From the human T2T-CHM13v2.0 reference genome, Homo sapiens: a stretch of DNA of 64,000 nucleotides. Below the pieces are notes generated by a model that did not search any database, was not told the origin of the DNA, and was given only the letters and a program-made list of their open reading frames with translations. The position numbers and the translations under genes were made by a program. Shown here one piece after another: positions 38,450 to 52,775 of this stretch (position 1 is its first letter; each line of letters begins with the position of its first letter). The DNA lies in the NCBI RefSeq assembly GCF_009914755.1, contig NC_060931.1; one strand, 5' to 3'.

Positions 38450-38680
38450 AACAGAAATAGCTAATATTTATTGAGTACTTTCCAGGCAGTGTGCTTTGCA
38501 TTACTGCCTTATTCATCGCTACTACCAACCTTATGCAATGGTATTCTTTATGTTACAGATGAGGAAACAGAAGCTTAGGCAAGTTAAACCCAGTCTTATA
38601 CAGAAGAAAAGACAAGTTGGTTTTCTAAGACAGTACTGGCCAGCTCTTATAAAGCCCATACTCCTAACCTTCATTTTCTA
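38450..38680 (-). mobile_element. MIR
   Basis: ATAGCTAATATTTATTGAGTACTT...TTACAGATGAGGAAACAGAAGCTTAG. Confidence 0.75.
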
Positions 38681-38888
38681 TTGTATCTCAATGGTAAATG
38701 ATCTCTGTATAAAATTTACCTGATGATTGCCTATTGTCTTTCAGTTACACACACGCGCGCGTGTGTGTGTGTGATTGTTTTCAATGAATTTTGAAACTGC
38801 CTGTATCCAATGCAGCCATTAAATTTAGGAAATTCAGGTTTTTAAGCACATTTATAATTAATCATTGAATAAGAAATTGATCAGGCTC

Positions 38889-39267
<379 letters not shown>

Positions 39268-40406
39268 TTAAGGGTGAGAATAACTGGCTTAGAATATTGC
39301 CAGACATATAGTAAATGTTCTATTAAGGTTACCTATTATTAGTAATACTCACTCCCCATACTAAAAGTGTAAACTTCAGTAATATTTCCTTCAGAATCCA
39401 CATTTCATAGAGATTTTAAATTTTATCTGAACAATTACATTTTCTCTCTGACCATTTGTGCCCAAAAGGTGATCACTGTCATGAATTTGGTGGGCATATG
39501 TATCTGATGATGTTTCCATAACATTAGTATTAATTTGTGTATACATACACAGTTTTATTGAAAACTTACCTAATCCTATCACATTACACATATTTGCCTC
39601 AAAGCACTGTCATTTTCCACAACATCGTGGAAAGTCTGTCTGTGAAGCACATATAACTAGTTAGAATCTAGTTTACCCGATGCATGCTGCTATCTGGGGA
39701 TGAACTTAATTCTGTCAATGTCTTATTATAACCTTCCTGTGAAAATTCTAGTGCCTCTTTCTATTCACACAGAAGAAAGTTTCCATATGATAGATGCATA
39801 AAAGATAGTTGTTCGTTTGTAAAATTCATGAATGTCCAATATTACTGTTAGTTGTCTGCATTTGTTTTCCCAATTTTTGAAAAAAAATCAGATACAGTAA
39901 ACTACCTGAAACTGCTAGAATCAGGAATATCCCTGAAGTCTGTCTAGTAATAGTAGTAGTCATTCCATCATAGCTCCCATGAAATTCTCATCTTTTATAG
40001 GTAATAATATATTCATATCTCAGATTTCTGAAGTACTGTAAAATTAATTACTGCTTATGTAAAACCCTACAAACCGCAATATTCATGCCTAAAGACCCCT
40101 ATAAGCCACTAGTTCCTTCAGCTAATCTACAGATGAGTTCACTGAGTCTGAAGAGGAGGATCAATAACCTGCCTCTTTTGGTTCATCTGGTACCAAAGCA
40201 GATGTGAAAAGAAAAACGTTCAGTGGGTTCTGGTGGACAGGAGAGATCCGTAGCACAGGAGTCAGGAGTCCAAGATCTGAGTCCCAATTCTTTTATTCCC
40301 TGCATCCTTAGCACTTAATAGATATTCCATCATGGTGAAAATCAAAAACATATAGTTAAGATTTCCCAAGCACAGTAAGTGAAATGTTTGCCTATTGCCT
40401 CTCAAT

Positions 40407-40422
40407 TACACACACACACATG

Positions 40423-40460
<38 letters not shown>

Positions 40461-40479
40461 GGGGTGTATTTGTGTGTGT
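40407..40479. repeat. (CA)n-(TG)n compound microsatellite
   Basis: Directly visible. Confidence 0.9.
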
Positions 40480-43400
40480 TCAGTGAATTTTGAAACAATG
40501 GGCCAGGAACTGTTTTAAGTGCTTTACTTGTATTATCTCATCGTATCCTCCCAACAATTTTAGGAGGGAGATACTAAAAGATTTTGTGGGAGATACAGCA
40601 CAATAAACTAAGGGGGAAAATTACTCTCATATTGAAAACTATATTAACACTTGCTTTAGTATTTTGACATAAAGTGGCTCTTTGGAAGCAGAATTTTGTC
40701 AGGACCAGTCAATTACCTGCTTATACTTTCAGATTCATTTATTCATTCAAAAACACTTCCTGACTGGCTAATATTTGTCAAGTTCTGTTCTCAGTCATGG
40801 GGTACACCCATGGATAAGGATGGCCTCCTCTTTTGAGATGCTTTTCAGTAGAGAGAGAACTGAATTCAACCACGTCCCATCACACTCCCAGTCTTGGTAC
40901 AAAGCAGGCAAAGGAACCTGGATGAATTCAACCTGGATTCAGGAAAAGATAGAATAACTTAACATTTTTCTAGCCTGAAGGTTGAATTGTTAGTTTGATT
41001 GTCGTTGATGTCATGGCACTTGGATTGTGCTGCTTTGTCCTCATTTATTTAACCATGGAATTTTGCTTCCCTGATCTCTAACTCTAATCAAATTCTTGCC
41101 TTCCTGACCCACTCAGAGGTCCAGAAAAATATCTCCATCATTTAAAACTTTTCTTTAAATGAGATTATTTTTAATAGGAGCAAATTATCTCTGAGAAAGA
41201 AATAATATCATCATTTACCAATGTCTATTATACCACTTCCCTATTCTCTGAAAAGTGCACACAATTTTTTAAACAGTCACTTGGTAGCAGTAAATGCTAT
41301 TTAGTCAGCCTTGTAGACCAAGGACGATTGGGGCTAGCACTATGGAAATATTTCTCATGTTTTCCCCTTTTATGAAGAGAGAGAAAGAAATTATTTCTTA
41401 TGTATCAGTGAGAGTCTCTCCTGTACTCTAGATTAATATGTTTTAGTACTCAGCCAGCATCAAAGTGCTGTGATGCATCATATTGATCATCAAATATCAG
41501 TCCCCAGGAAGAGTTTCACTAGAAACACTTGTTAGGTGTGTTGTGTGCATTATATAACATTTATGCAAACCACAGCTTCCATACAGTACCAAACTTATCC
41601 AGGGAGAAGAAATCACATTTCAGCAGAGAACAGGTTTTCCATCTGATTTGTGCCCAGAACATGTAAAAAACATAGCAGGTTGCATGCTGCATTGACTAAG
41701 GAACATACATATGCATTTAAATCACTTGTGTTTTACTTTTTTATAATGCATTGGTGAATTGTATTCCTTTTGCATTTGTAATTAGAAGGCGGAACAGATG
41801 TGACGGTTTCGTTTAAAGTGATATGTCCATTAAAATAACCTATACTACAAGTAATTGTTTTCTTTAACAAGGGAGTCTGTCGGTTGTCATGCTGTTTTTG
41901 AGCCGTTTAAATAGACTGTGAAGAAAAACATGTTTGTCTTCAGGAAATGTTGATTGATTACGGAAGAAAGAAATTTTTGTGATAGGAATGTTTGCATATT
42001 TGTTGTTTTTGTTGTTCTTGCTCTTTTTGTTTTGGAGGTGGAACATCATCAGAGAAGCACTCCTACATTCATTCTTCCAGCCTCACTTTTTCTTCTCAAA
42101 TTGAGACTAATAATTCAAACCTATCTGTATTTCAAAGAAGGCCAAGATTTCCCTTTTTCATTTTAATGAGCTATACTACAGTTAAGCTGAATATTAAATT
42201 ATTACCCACTTGGTGATCAAATATACTGTCAATGTTACCACTGGCTCTTTGTTTGAACCCAAATGAAGTGTGGATTTTTATTTTGATCAATGACAGCTTT
42301 CTGAGATCTGCAGTTATGCTTGATTGGGACAGGCTGTGACAGCCAATGCAGTAGCCGGCAGACAATTCTTTAATATATGAATCTGACTGACCCAATTATC
42401 CATCCCCCACCCCCAAAGCAAAAAGCATCTCCAGAAACCTTTTACCATTTTCTTCTTGCAATGTCAATGCACTCAACATAGACAAAATTTAACTAAAATT
42501 ATCCTTTGTAGAACAGATGCATACTAATCCCTTCACTGCTATAATTAAACACCTCTGTCTCTGAGTCACCAATGCTTGTAGACACATCAAAGTTGCCATT
42601 TTTTAAAGGAAAATTTAACACCATGGTCTGTACATACACAGTTGGAAAGATAGCATGGTTTCATACAAATTCTGTTTAATTGTGCCAAAATGTGCCAAAA
42701 TGACATTTCTTGTTGATATAAAAATATTCCGAAAGGCTTTATGTGGGGAGAAATGTTGGGATGAGGTATGTTATTGTGGTTATGATGTTGAATTCAATAA
42801 AGTATTGAATTCAGTATTTTTTTACTGAAAAAGGTTGCAGTAAGCACCCAAGGTACCAGTGTTATGCACTACAAGGCAGGTGCAGGGAAAATCCTTTCAA
42901 TGTCCTTTAACTGAATCCCTGTGATAGTCATGACGTATGGTTCTATAATTGGGCACTAGCAAATGTATTTTGGGGTTTGCTTCTTTATATGAAGCTTGAT
43001 CCTTTGAATTTACTGAAATATAGAATGCCTAGCTTTCTGTTTTTTCTCTACAGATTTATCTTCATTTATGTTTTTCTTATTTTACTAGTCATGGCTCTGA
43101 CTTTCTATTTCTATAATAAAATTGTTGAATATACACTATCTGTTGAGAGTAGTTCTTCAAATCTTATTTAGAAGGAGATATACAGACACACTCAGGTCAA
43201 TGACTATGAATTGATTTGGTCAAACAAATGAAACTTTTAATTTTTCCTGGCTATTGATTTTCCATTTGCAAAAGAGAAAAAATGAATTATCTTTAACTGC
43301 ATTATAAGGTCTGTGTTTCCTATAAATCTATATTTTATACATGCTTTAAAGTTTTATTTAAAATGTCAAATAATTATTGTCAAATGATTGATAGATATTG

Positions 43401-43503
43401 ATATTAAAGGTATTCCAATAAGAATAATAAATTGTACTCATTAAATTGATATTCTATTAGTTAACTATTTCTGGGTATCATATAAGCAGACACACAGGAA
43501 GTA

Positions 43504-45677
43504 CAGACATATCTCAGAGACATTGTAGGTTCAGTTTCAGGAAATGTCACAATAAAGTGAATCACACACATTTTTTGGTTTCCCAATTCATATAAAAGTT
43601 CTGTTTAAACCATAGTCTATTGAATGTGCAATAGTATATTCCCCCCAAAAAAACAATGCACATACCTCAATTTAAAATACTTTATTGCTAAACAATGCTA
43701 ATGATTATCTGAATGTTTAGCGAGATGTAATATTTTTGCTGGTGGAGGGTCTTGCCTCAATGTTGATGGCTGCTCTAATTGGGTAGTAGTTGCTATAAGC
43801 TGGGGTGTCTGTGGCAATTTTTAAATATAAGATAACAATGAAGTTTGCTGCATCCATTGGCTCTTCTTTTCACTACAGTTTTCTCTGTAGCATGTGATGC
43901 TGTTTGATAGCATTTTACCTGCAGTAGATCTTCTTTCAAAATTGGTGTCAATCCTCTGAAACCCTGCTGCTGCTTTATCAACTCAGTTTATGGAATATTT
44001 TAAATCCTTTGTTGTCATTTCAACATCTTTGATGTTGTTTTACCATGAAATTGCAGCAATTCAGTCACATCTTCAGGCTTTACTTCCTCTAGCTCTCTTG
44101 TTATTTCCACCACATCTGCAGTTACTTTCTCCACTGAAGTCTTGAACCCCTCAAAGTCATCCATGAGGTTTGCAAGCAACTTCTTCAGTACTCCTGTTAA
44201 TGTAGATATTACGACCTCCTCCCTTGAATCATAAATGTTATTAATGGCATCTAGAACTGTGAACCCTTTCCAGAAGGCTTTCGATTTACTTTGTCCAGAT
44301 CCATCAGAGGAATTTCTATCTGTGGTAGTTATGGTCTTACAAAACGTATTTCCTAATAAGACTTCAAAATTGAAATGACTTCTTGAGCCATGAGCTGAAG
44401 AATGGATGTTGTGTTAGCAGGCATGAAAACGACATCAATATCCTTGTACATCTCCATGAGAGCTCTTGGATGACTAGGTGCACTGTCAATGAGCAGTAAT
44501 ATTTTGAAAGGAATCTCTTTTCTGAGCTTAAAATATTCAGTAAACCATGCTGCAAACAGATGAGCTATCATTCGGGCTTTGTTGTTCCATTTATAGAGCA
44601 CAGGCAGAGTAGATTTAGAAATGGCCTTAGGATTTTTAGAATCATAATTCAGCAGTGGTTCAACATAATCACAATTCCTGAAGCCAGACATTGGCTTGTC
44701 CTCTCTAGCTATGAAAGTCCTAGATGGCATTTTCTTCTAGTAGAAGGCTGTTTCATCTACAGACAAAATCTGTGGTTTAGTGTAGCCACCCTCAACAATG
44801 ACCTTAGCTGGATCTTCTGGATAACTTGCTACAGTTTCTATATCAGCACTTGCTACTTCACCTTGCACTTTTATGTTGTAGAGAGAGCTTCTTTTCTTAA
44901 ACTCATAAACCAACCTCTGCTAGGTTCAAACTTTTCTTCAGCAGCTTCCTTACCTCTCTCAGTCTTCATGGAATTGAAGAGAGTTAGGGCCTTTCTCTGG
45001 ATTAGTCTTTGGTTTAGAGAATAATTGTGGCTAGTATGGTCTTCTATCTAGACCACTAAAACTTTTCTCATATTACCAATAAGGCTGTTTTGCTTTCTTA
45101 TCATTTGTGTTTTCACTGAAGTAGCAATTTTAATTCCCTTCAAGAATTCTTCCTTGGTTTGGCCTATCTTGACTTTGACATGCCTTTCTCACTAAGCTTA
45201 ATCATTTCTAGCTTTTGATTTAAAGTGAGAGATGGGCAACTCTTCCTTTCACTTGAACACTTAGAGGCCTTTGTAGAGCTATTAACTGACTCAATTTTAA
45301 TAGTGTTTTGTCTCACAGAATAGGGAGGCCTGAGGAGAGGGAGAGATGAGGGAATGATTGGTCAGTGGAGCAATCAAAACACACAACATTTATTGATTCA
45401 GTTTGCAGTTTTATATGGGTGTGGTTCATGGCACCCCAAAACAATTAAATAGCAACATCAAACATCACTGATCACAGGTCACAATAACAGATATAATAAT
45501 AATAAAATTTTAAATAGTGCAAGAATTACCAAAATGTGACTTAGAGACACAAAGTGAGCACATGCTGTTGGAAAAATGGCACCGATAGTCTTGCTTCACA
45601 GAGGGTTGCCAGAAATCTTTAATCTGTTTTTTAAAAAACCCAATATCTGCAAAACACAATAAAACAAGCTATGCCTA
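43504..45677 (-). mobile_element. Near full-length Tigger1 DNA transposon with decayed transposase
   Basis: TIRs CAGACATATCTC / AAGCTATGCCT flanked by TA; minus ORF 44353-44730 has the pogo DDE region ([10 protein letters not shown]...[13 protein letters not shown]...[13 protein letters not shown]). Confidence 0.95.
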
Positions 45678-47078
45678 TATGTTAGGGGGCCTCTTTGTGG
45701 AATGACTTTCAGTATGATAGAAATTTGTCTATTTTAGATTTAATTCTATCTGAAACTTTGACTATTAAGGATTGCAGGGTTTTGATTTAATTGTTTATTT
45801 AGACCACTTTCACGTTAAAGTTTAACATTCATTAGAAAGTAAAATAGATGTTATCACTATGATTTTCAATATAAAAAGTTCAACTCTCTTGGATTTGTAA
45901 GTTAATTTTAAATTAATTGATATTTAGTGTAAATCTTTCTATAATAACCAAGTATGCACAGAAAGCTCACTACCCTATAAAGCTTACAACTGTTCATAAA
46001 TCCACTTATATAAGAGATAATCATTATCTCTTCTAAGCTTAAGGGTTTCAGCAATCTAAAGTATTTAAAGGCAAGTCCCCTCATCAATGAGGAAACTATC
46101 TTTTGGGGACCTTCTCAGTCTATCTTTTCTATGAACATTGCCTTCTCTGCAGTTACAACTCTGAGCTCCTGGCAATCAGGTTTGTAGCTTGGGACAGATT
46201 CTGCCCCTCTGCCCACAGCAGGTCAGATGGGCACTGGGCAGTTAATACATATGGTTATAACTGAGGGTAGCTAAGCACACAAGCCATAGGGCAGCCTTGT
46301 GCAGAGAGAAGCAGAGAGGAGACTGTGTAATGCACCAGAAAGAGTAGTTTTATAAGCATTGATAGGATAAAAATATAAAAAGCCAATGTTTAATAATGCA
46401 ACTTACACTTAATTTTTTGATTTAAATTCTGCCTCTTGGGAGAAAGAGGTGAGATCGGCTCAACTTCTAGCACCAACACTCTCTGAAACTTTTTTTGAAT
46501 ATTTTTTTCTTTAAATTTTGTAAAAACGTATTTCCTACCCCTAAAGGAAATTTTGAGGTGAGCAATAGCTAGTAAACACTAAGTTCTTTGATTTTTGATA
46601 CTTTTATTTGTATTTACTGTAACTAAGAAGAAATTGAGATTCCTGTTTTCCCTTCTGGTAATGCAAGTGTAAAGGGATCTAATTTACTACATAAACAGGG
46701 GATATCCTTTTATCTGTTCTATTCAAAATTTTAATCATTTTAATGGGTACACTTGGAGGGGATCTTCTTCAAGGTTCTGGAACTACTACAGTGGCCAAGT
46801 AGATATTTTCTGACAAGTAAAATTACCTTTCAAAGAGTGCACTACTTTTCTTTTGACTCTTGTCACTAAATACTCCCCAAGTTCTTTGTACAAATTAATT
46901 TTTCTGTTTTTCTTTTATTTCTCTTGGCAATTTAACTCCCTCTCACGGCTCCAATGATGATCTAAAATCCATACCTCCACCCTTAATTCTAAGCCTGGGG
47001 ATGCCCCAAGCAAATATAAGTATACTTTAACAAAAGCTGATGCCAGCATATTATATATTTCTAAACAAAGATTGTAAT

Positions 47079-47431
47079 TATATTAATCTGTTCTCACACT
47101 GCTGTAAAGAGCTGCCTAAGACTGGGGAATCAATAAACAAAAGAGGTTTAATTGACTTACAGTTCCTCATGGTTTCGGAGGCCTCAGGAAACTTACGATC
47201 ATGGTGGAAGGCAAAGGGGAAGCAAGGCACATCTTTCATGGTGGCAAGAGAGAGAACACAGAGAAAACTGTCACTTTTAAACCATCAGATCTCGTGAGAA
47301 CTCCCTCAGTATCACCAGAACAGCATGGGGTAAAACCACCCCCATGATCCAATCACCTCCCACCAGGTCCCTCCCTTGACACGTCGGGATTACAATTCAA
47401 GATGAGATTTGGACACAGGGCCAAACCATCT

Positions 47432-47433
<2 letters not shown>
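47079..47433 (-). mobile_element. THE1D/MST-type MaLR solo LTR
   Basis: TATTAATCTGTTCTCACACTGCT...GGAGGCCTCAGGAAACTTAC...CCCATGATCCAATCACCTCCCACCAGG...CCAAACCATCTCA. Confidence 0.88.
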
Positions 47434-47475
<42 letters not shown>

Positions 47476-47498
47476 CACACATATATATACATATATAT
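47434..47498. repeat. (CA)n/(TA)n microsatellite
   Basis: Directly visible. Confidence 0.9.
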
Positions 47499-47499
47499 T

Positions 47500-48795
47500 C
47501 TTTAATTCTGATCTACATATCTACTGTTGTGTATCTCCAATCACATTTAAAATGGTTAGTCCTCAGTATCTCTAAAACTATATTGATCATTTTCCTTCCT
47601 ACACCTGGTTTTCTCTTCTCTTCCTGTTTCTAGAATTAATTCCATCGTCCCATCCTCCCAGACAACAAAATCGGAACCTCCCAGTTGTCTCTCAGTTCTT
47701 CTTCTTTTCCCTGCCTCCCATAGCAAAGTCATCTGTCAGGTCCCAGTGATTTCACCTCTTCTCTCTCTGTCTTTTCTGAATCTTTGTCTTTATCCCCTAC
47801 TCTGTTGTACTGGGTTATGAGGCATCTTTTTTCAACTCAAATTGCTTCCTTCTTCCAACTGGTCACCCTGTGACTTTCAGATTAATCTTTTTCCAGCACA
47901 GTTCAGATTTTGTTATACTGTCACCAAAATATTTCAATGGCTTTCCATTGCATTCAGCATCAAATCCAAACTTGTTGTCTTGGCCTTAAGCTGTACTTTT
48001 GGCCTTTTCTCCCACTCAGCCTAGTTAAAGCATTAACTCTGGTGGTTTTTTGCAGCCCTGTACTTGACATACTCTTCTCACTGTGAAAAGCACCCAACTT
48101 CCCAGCTTTATGTGGCCATCTTCTATTCCAAAGGCCATTACAGAAGGCACTTTCTAGATGAAGCTTTCCCTGTCCTTCCAGCTGGAATGATGTTTCCAGT
48201 TCTCCAACTCAAGGTGGAACTCTTTTTTCTTTTATCTTTATATTAGTTTGCTAGGGCTTCTGCGACAAAGTAGCAAAGACTTGGTGGATTAAGAGCAGAT
48301 ATTTATTTTCTCACAATTCCAGAGGCTTAGGAGTCTAAGATCAAGGTGTTGTCAGCATCAGTTTCTTCTGAGGCTCCTCTACTTGGCTTGTAGATGGCCA
48401 CCTTCTCCCTGTGTCTTCCCAAGGGTTTCCCTCTGTGTATGTCTATGGCCACATTTTCTCTTCTTATAAAGATACCTGCTTATGGGGCCCACATTAATGA
48501 CTTCACATTAACCCAGTGAATTCTTTAAAGACAGTATATCACATTCTGAGGTACTGGCGTAAGGACTTTAACATGTGATCTTGGGGGTGGGGCACAATTC
48601 ATCCCATAACACCTATCTCTGCAGCATGTCTCACTTTAGACATTGTGCTCTGGTTTTTCATGTACATAATATAAGTTTCCCACCTTTTTCTCAGTATGAG
48701 AGGGAAGGATCTATATTTTCTCCATGACATCTGTCTGTATAAACCCCATAAATACTCAATACTGTGTCTTGCATATGGGAAATACTCAATGAATG
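47500..48795 (+). mobile_element. L2 remnant split by MLT1B
   Basis: TTTCAATGGCTTTCCATTGCATTCAGCATCAAATCCAAACT; terminal ACTCAATGAATG; ends approximate. Confidence 0.6.
48239..48611 (-). mobile_element. MLT1B-like MaLR solo LTR
   Basis: TATTAGTTTGCTAGGGCT...GAGTCTAAGATCAAGGTGT...CACATTCTGAGGTACTGG...CACAATTCATCCCATAACA. Confidence 0.85.
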
Positions 48796-51700
48796 TTTTC
48801 TTTTATTTACACATAAACTTTTTACATATTTCAGAGGAATATATGAGCATTTTTTACATGCATAGAATATGTCATGCTCAAGTCAGGGTATGTGGGGTAT
48901 CCATCACCTTGAGTATTTATCATTTCTAAGTGTTGGTAACATTTCAGGTTCTCTCTTCCAGCTATTTTGAAATATACAATATATTGTTGCTAATTGTAGT
49001 TACTCTAGTGTACAATGGAACATTAGAACTTACTTCTATCTAACTTTAAGTTTGTACCCATTAAACAACTTCTATTTCCCACCCCCACTTTCACACCCTT
49101 TCCTGCTCTTGGTGTTTATTATTTTATTCTCTATCTTCCAATCATCAAGTTTTTTTTAATACCTACATATGAGTGAGAACATGCAGTGTTTGTCTTTCTG
49201 TGCCTGGATTATTTCACTTAACATAATGAACTTTGGTTCCATCCATTTGTCTGGAAATGACATGATTTCATTCTTTTATGGCCAAATAGTATTCCATTGT
49301 GTATATATATATCACACTTTCTTTATTCATTCATCCATTGACAGACATAGCTTGCTTCCATATCTTTGTTATTATGAATAGTGCTGCAGTAAACTTGAGT
49401 GTGTAGGTATCCCTTTGATATGCTTTCTTTTCTTTTGAATAGATACCCAGTAGTGCAACTAATGGATTGTATGGTAGATCGATTTTTAGTTTTTTGAGAA
49501 ATCTCCATACTGTTTTTCATAGTGGTTATACTAATTTACATTCCCACCAACAGTGTATACGTGTTCTCTTTTCTCTGCATCCTTGTCAGTCTGTTACTTT
49601 TTTGTCTTTTTAATAATAGCCAATATAACTGGGATAAGATTATAATTCATTGTGTCTTTGGTTTGCACTTTGTAGATGATTAACGATGAGCAGCTTTTCA
49701 TATACCTGTTGGCCATTTGTATGTCTTGTTTTCAGAATAGTCTATTCATGTCCTTGTAATCCCTTTTAAATGCCATCACTTGTTTTTGTTTTGTTGAGTT
49801 CCCCATATATTCTGGATATTAGTTCCTTGTCGTGTGACTGTTTTGCAAACCTTCTCTCCCATTCAATAGTTTGTCTCCTCACTCTGCTGATTGTTCCCTT
49901 TGCTGTACAGAAGCTTTTCAGTTTAATATAGTACAATTTGTCTATATTTGTTTTCGTTGCCTATACTTTTGAGGTTTTTGAGGTCTTAGCCATAAAATCT
50001 TCACTTAGATCAATGTCCTGGTGTTTTTTCTGTTTTTTTTTTTTTCTAGTAGCTTTATAGTTTTGAATCTTACCTTTGGGTCTTTAATTCATCTTGGTTG
50101 ATTTTTGTATATGATGAGAGATAGGGGTCTGGTTTTATTCTTCTGCATATGGATATTCAATTTTGCCAGCACCATTTATTGAAGAAGGTATCCTTTCCTT
50201 ACTATATGTTCTTGACATCTTTGTCAAAAATCAGTTGGCTTTAAATATGTGGATTTATTTCTGTGTTCTCTATTTTGTTCCATTGGTCTATGTGCTTATT
50301 TTTATACTAATACCATGATGTTTTGGTTATGATAGCCTTGTAATATAATTTGAAGTCAGGTAGTGTGATGGCTCCAGCTTTGTTCTTTTTGCTCAGCATT
50401 GCTGTGGCTACCCTGGTTCTTCTATTTACATATGAATTTTAGGATGTTTTTCCTATTTCTGTAAAAAGTTGCGTTGGTGTTTTGATAGGGATTGCATTGA
50501 ATCTGTATATTGCTGTGGGCAGTGGGGTCCTTTTCATGATATTAATTCTTCCATTCCATGATCATGGAATGTCTTTCCATTTGTTTGTGTCCTCTTAAAT
50601 TTCTTTCATCAGTGTTTTGTAGTTTTCTTTGTAGAGCTCTTTCCCCTCCTTGATTAAACTTATTACTATGTATTTTTTCTAACTATTGTAAATGGGATTG
50701 CTTTTTACATTTCTTTTTTGGCTATTTCATTATTGGTGTATAGAAATGCTACTAATTTTTTATGTTAATTTTATATCCTATAACTTTACCAAATGTGCCT
50801 ATCAACTCTAAGAGTTTTTTTGAGGAAGTCTTTTGGCTTTTTAAGTTATAAGATCATGTCATCTGCAAAAAGAGATGATTTGATTTATTTTTTTCCAATT
50901 TGGGTGAATTTTATTTCTTTCTCTTGCCTGATTGCTCTGTCTAGGACCAATGCTATGTTGAATTGGAGTGGTAAAAGTGGACATCTTTGTCTTGTTCTAG
51001 TTCTTGGAGAAAAGGCTTTCAATTTCTCTCATTGAGTATGATGTTAGCTGTGGGTTTGTCATATATTCTCTTCATTGTTTTGAGGTTTGTTCCTTCTATG
51101 CCTAGTTGGTTGAGAGTTTTTATTATGAAGGGATGTTGCGTGTTATCACAAGCTTTTTCTGCATCTATTGAGCTGATTATATAGCTTTTGTTCTTCATTC
51201 TGTTGACACGATGTACCATGTTTATCGATTTGTGTATGTGAAACCATAATTGTATCCCTGGTATAAATCTCAGTTGACTATGGTATGTGATCTTTTTGCA
51301 GTGCTGTTGAATTCAGTTTGCTAGTATTTTGTTGAGATTTTGGTGTTTATGTTCATCAGGGATATTGATCCGTGTTTTCTTTTTTTGTCATGTCCTTGTC
51401 TGATTTTGGTCTCAGGGTGATGCTGACCTCATAGAATGAGTTTGGGAGAATTCCTTCCTTTCAATTTTTTTTTTTGAATAGTTTCAGGAGGATTGGTATT
51501 AGCTTTTCAAACATTTGGTTGAATTCAACTATGAATCCATCAAGTCTTGGGCTTTTCTTTGTTGGGAGACTTTTTATTACTGATTGAGTCTTGCTCATTA
51601 TTGGTCTGTTCTGGTTTTCTATTTTTTCCTGACTCCGTCATAGTAGGTTGTGTATTTCCTGGGGTTTATATATTTCCTCTAGGTTTTCCAGTTTGTCAGC

Positions 51701-52479
51701 CTATATTTGTTTATAATAGTCTTTAATGATCTTTTATATTTCTGTGGTATCAGTTGTAATGTCTCCTTTTGTATGTTTATTTGGGTCTTTTCTGGATTAG
51801 TCTAACTAGCAGTTTATCAATTTTGTTTAACTCTTCCAATAACCAAAATTTTTGTTTCATTGATCATCTGCTCTGATCTTTATTATTATTTTTTTCTTCT
51901 GCTAATTTTGGTTTTGGTTTGTTCTTGCTTTTCTATTTCCTTGAGGTGCATTGTTGAATTGTTACTTTGTAATCCTTTTACTTTTTAGATGTAGGCATTT
52001 ATTGCTATAAACTTCCCTCTTAGCATGGCATTTTCTGTATCCCACAGGTTTTGGTTTGTTGTGTTTCCATTTTTATTTGTTTCAATAAACTTTAAAATTT
52101 CCATCTTAATGTCTTCATTTACTCAATTGCTGTTCAGTAGCTTATTATTTAATTTCCATGTATGTGTATATTTTTGTCTTTACAGGCAAAGTGCATTTCT
52201 TGTAGGCAACATATAATTAAATTATGTTTTTCTTTTACCCATTCAGCCAGTCTAAGTGGATAATTTAATCTATTTACATTCAAAGTGATTATTGATATGT
52301 AAGGTTTTGTTCTTCTCATATTTTTAATTGTTTACTGGTTGTTTTGTATATTCTTTGTTTCTTTCTTTTACTTTTATTGTTATTGTGGTTTGGTGGTTTG
52401 TATACCATATGAGTTCTTTCTTTTCCTCATTTGTGTCAACATTTGGCTTACCAGTGAGTTTTATATTTTTGTGTATTTT

Positions 52480-52775
52480 TTTTTTTTTTTTTTGAGACGA
52501 AGTCTCGCTCTGTTGCCCAGACTGGAGTACAGTGGCACGATACTGGCTCACTGCAACCTCCGCCTCCAGGGTTTCAGCGATTCTCCCTCCTCAGGCTCCT
52601 GAGTAGCTGGGATTACAGGTGTGCATCACCACACCCAGCTAATTTTTTGTATTTTTAGTAGAGATGGGGTTTCACCATGTTGGCCAGGCTGGTCTCATAC
52701 TCCTGATCTCAAGTGATCTGCCCACCTTGGCCTCCCAAAGTGCTGGAACTACAGGCATGAGTCACATGACTGGCC
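52480..52775 (-). mobile_element. AluSz/Sx
   Basis: Full dimer; CTCAAGTGATC variant; perfect TSD TGTGTATTTT at 52470-52479 and 52776-52785. Confidence 0.94.

Noticed and set aside
40120-40210. Possible terminal coding exon reading DEFTESEEEDQ-stop after CTACAG
   Set aside because: Weak polypyrimidine tract, no upstream coding exons found, peptide not recognised
44353-44730. Transposase ORF as a domesticated TIGD-like gene
   Set aside because: Short, internally deleted and frameshifted piece of an ordinary Tigger1 copy
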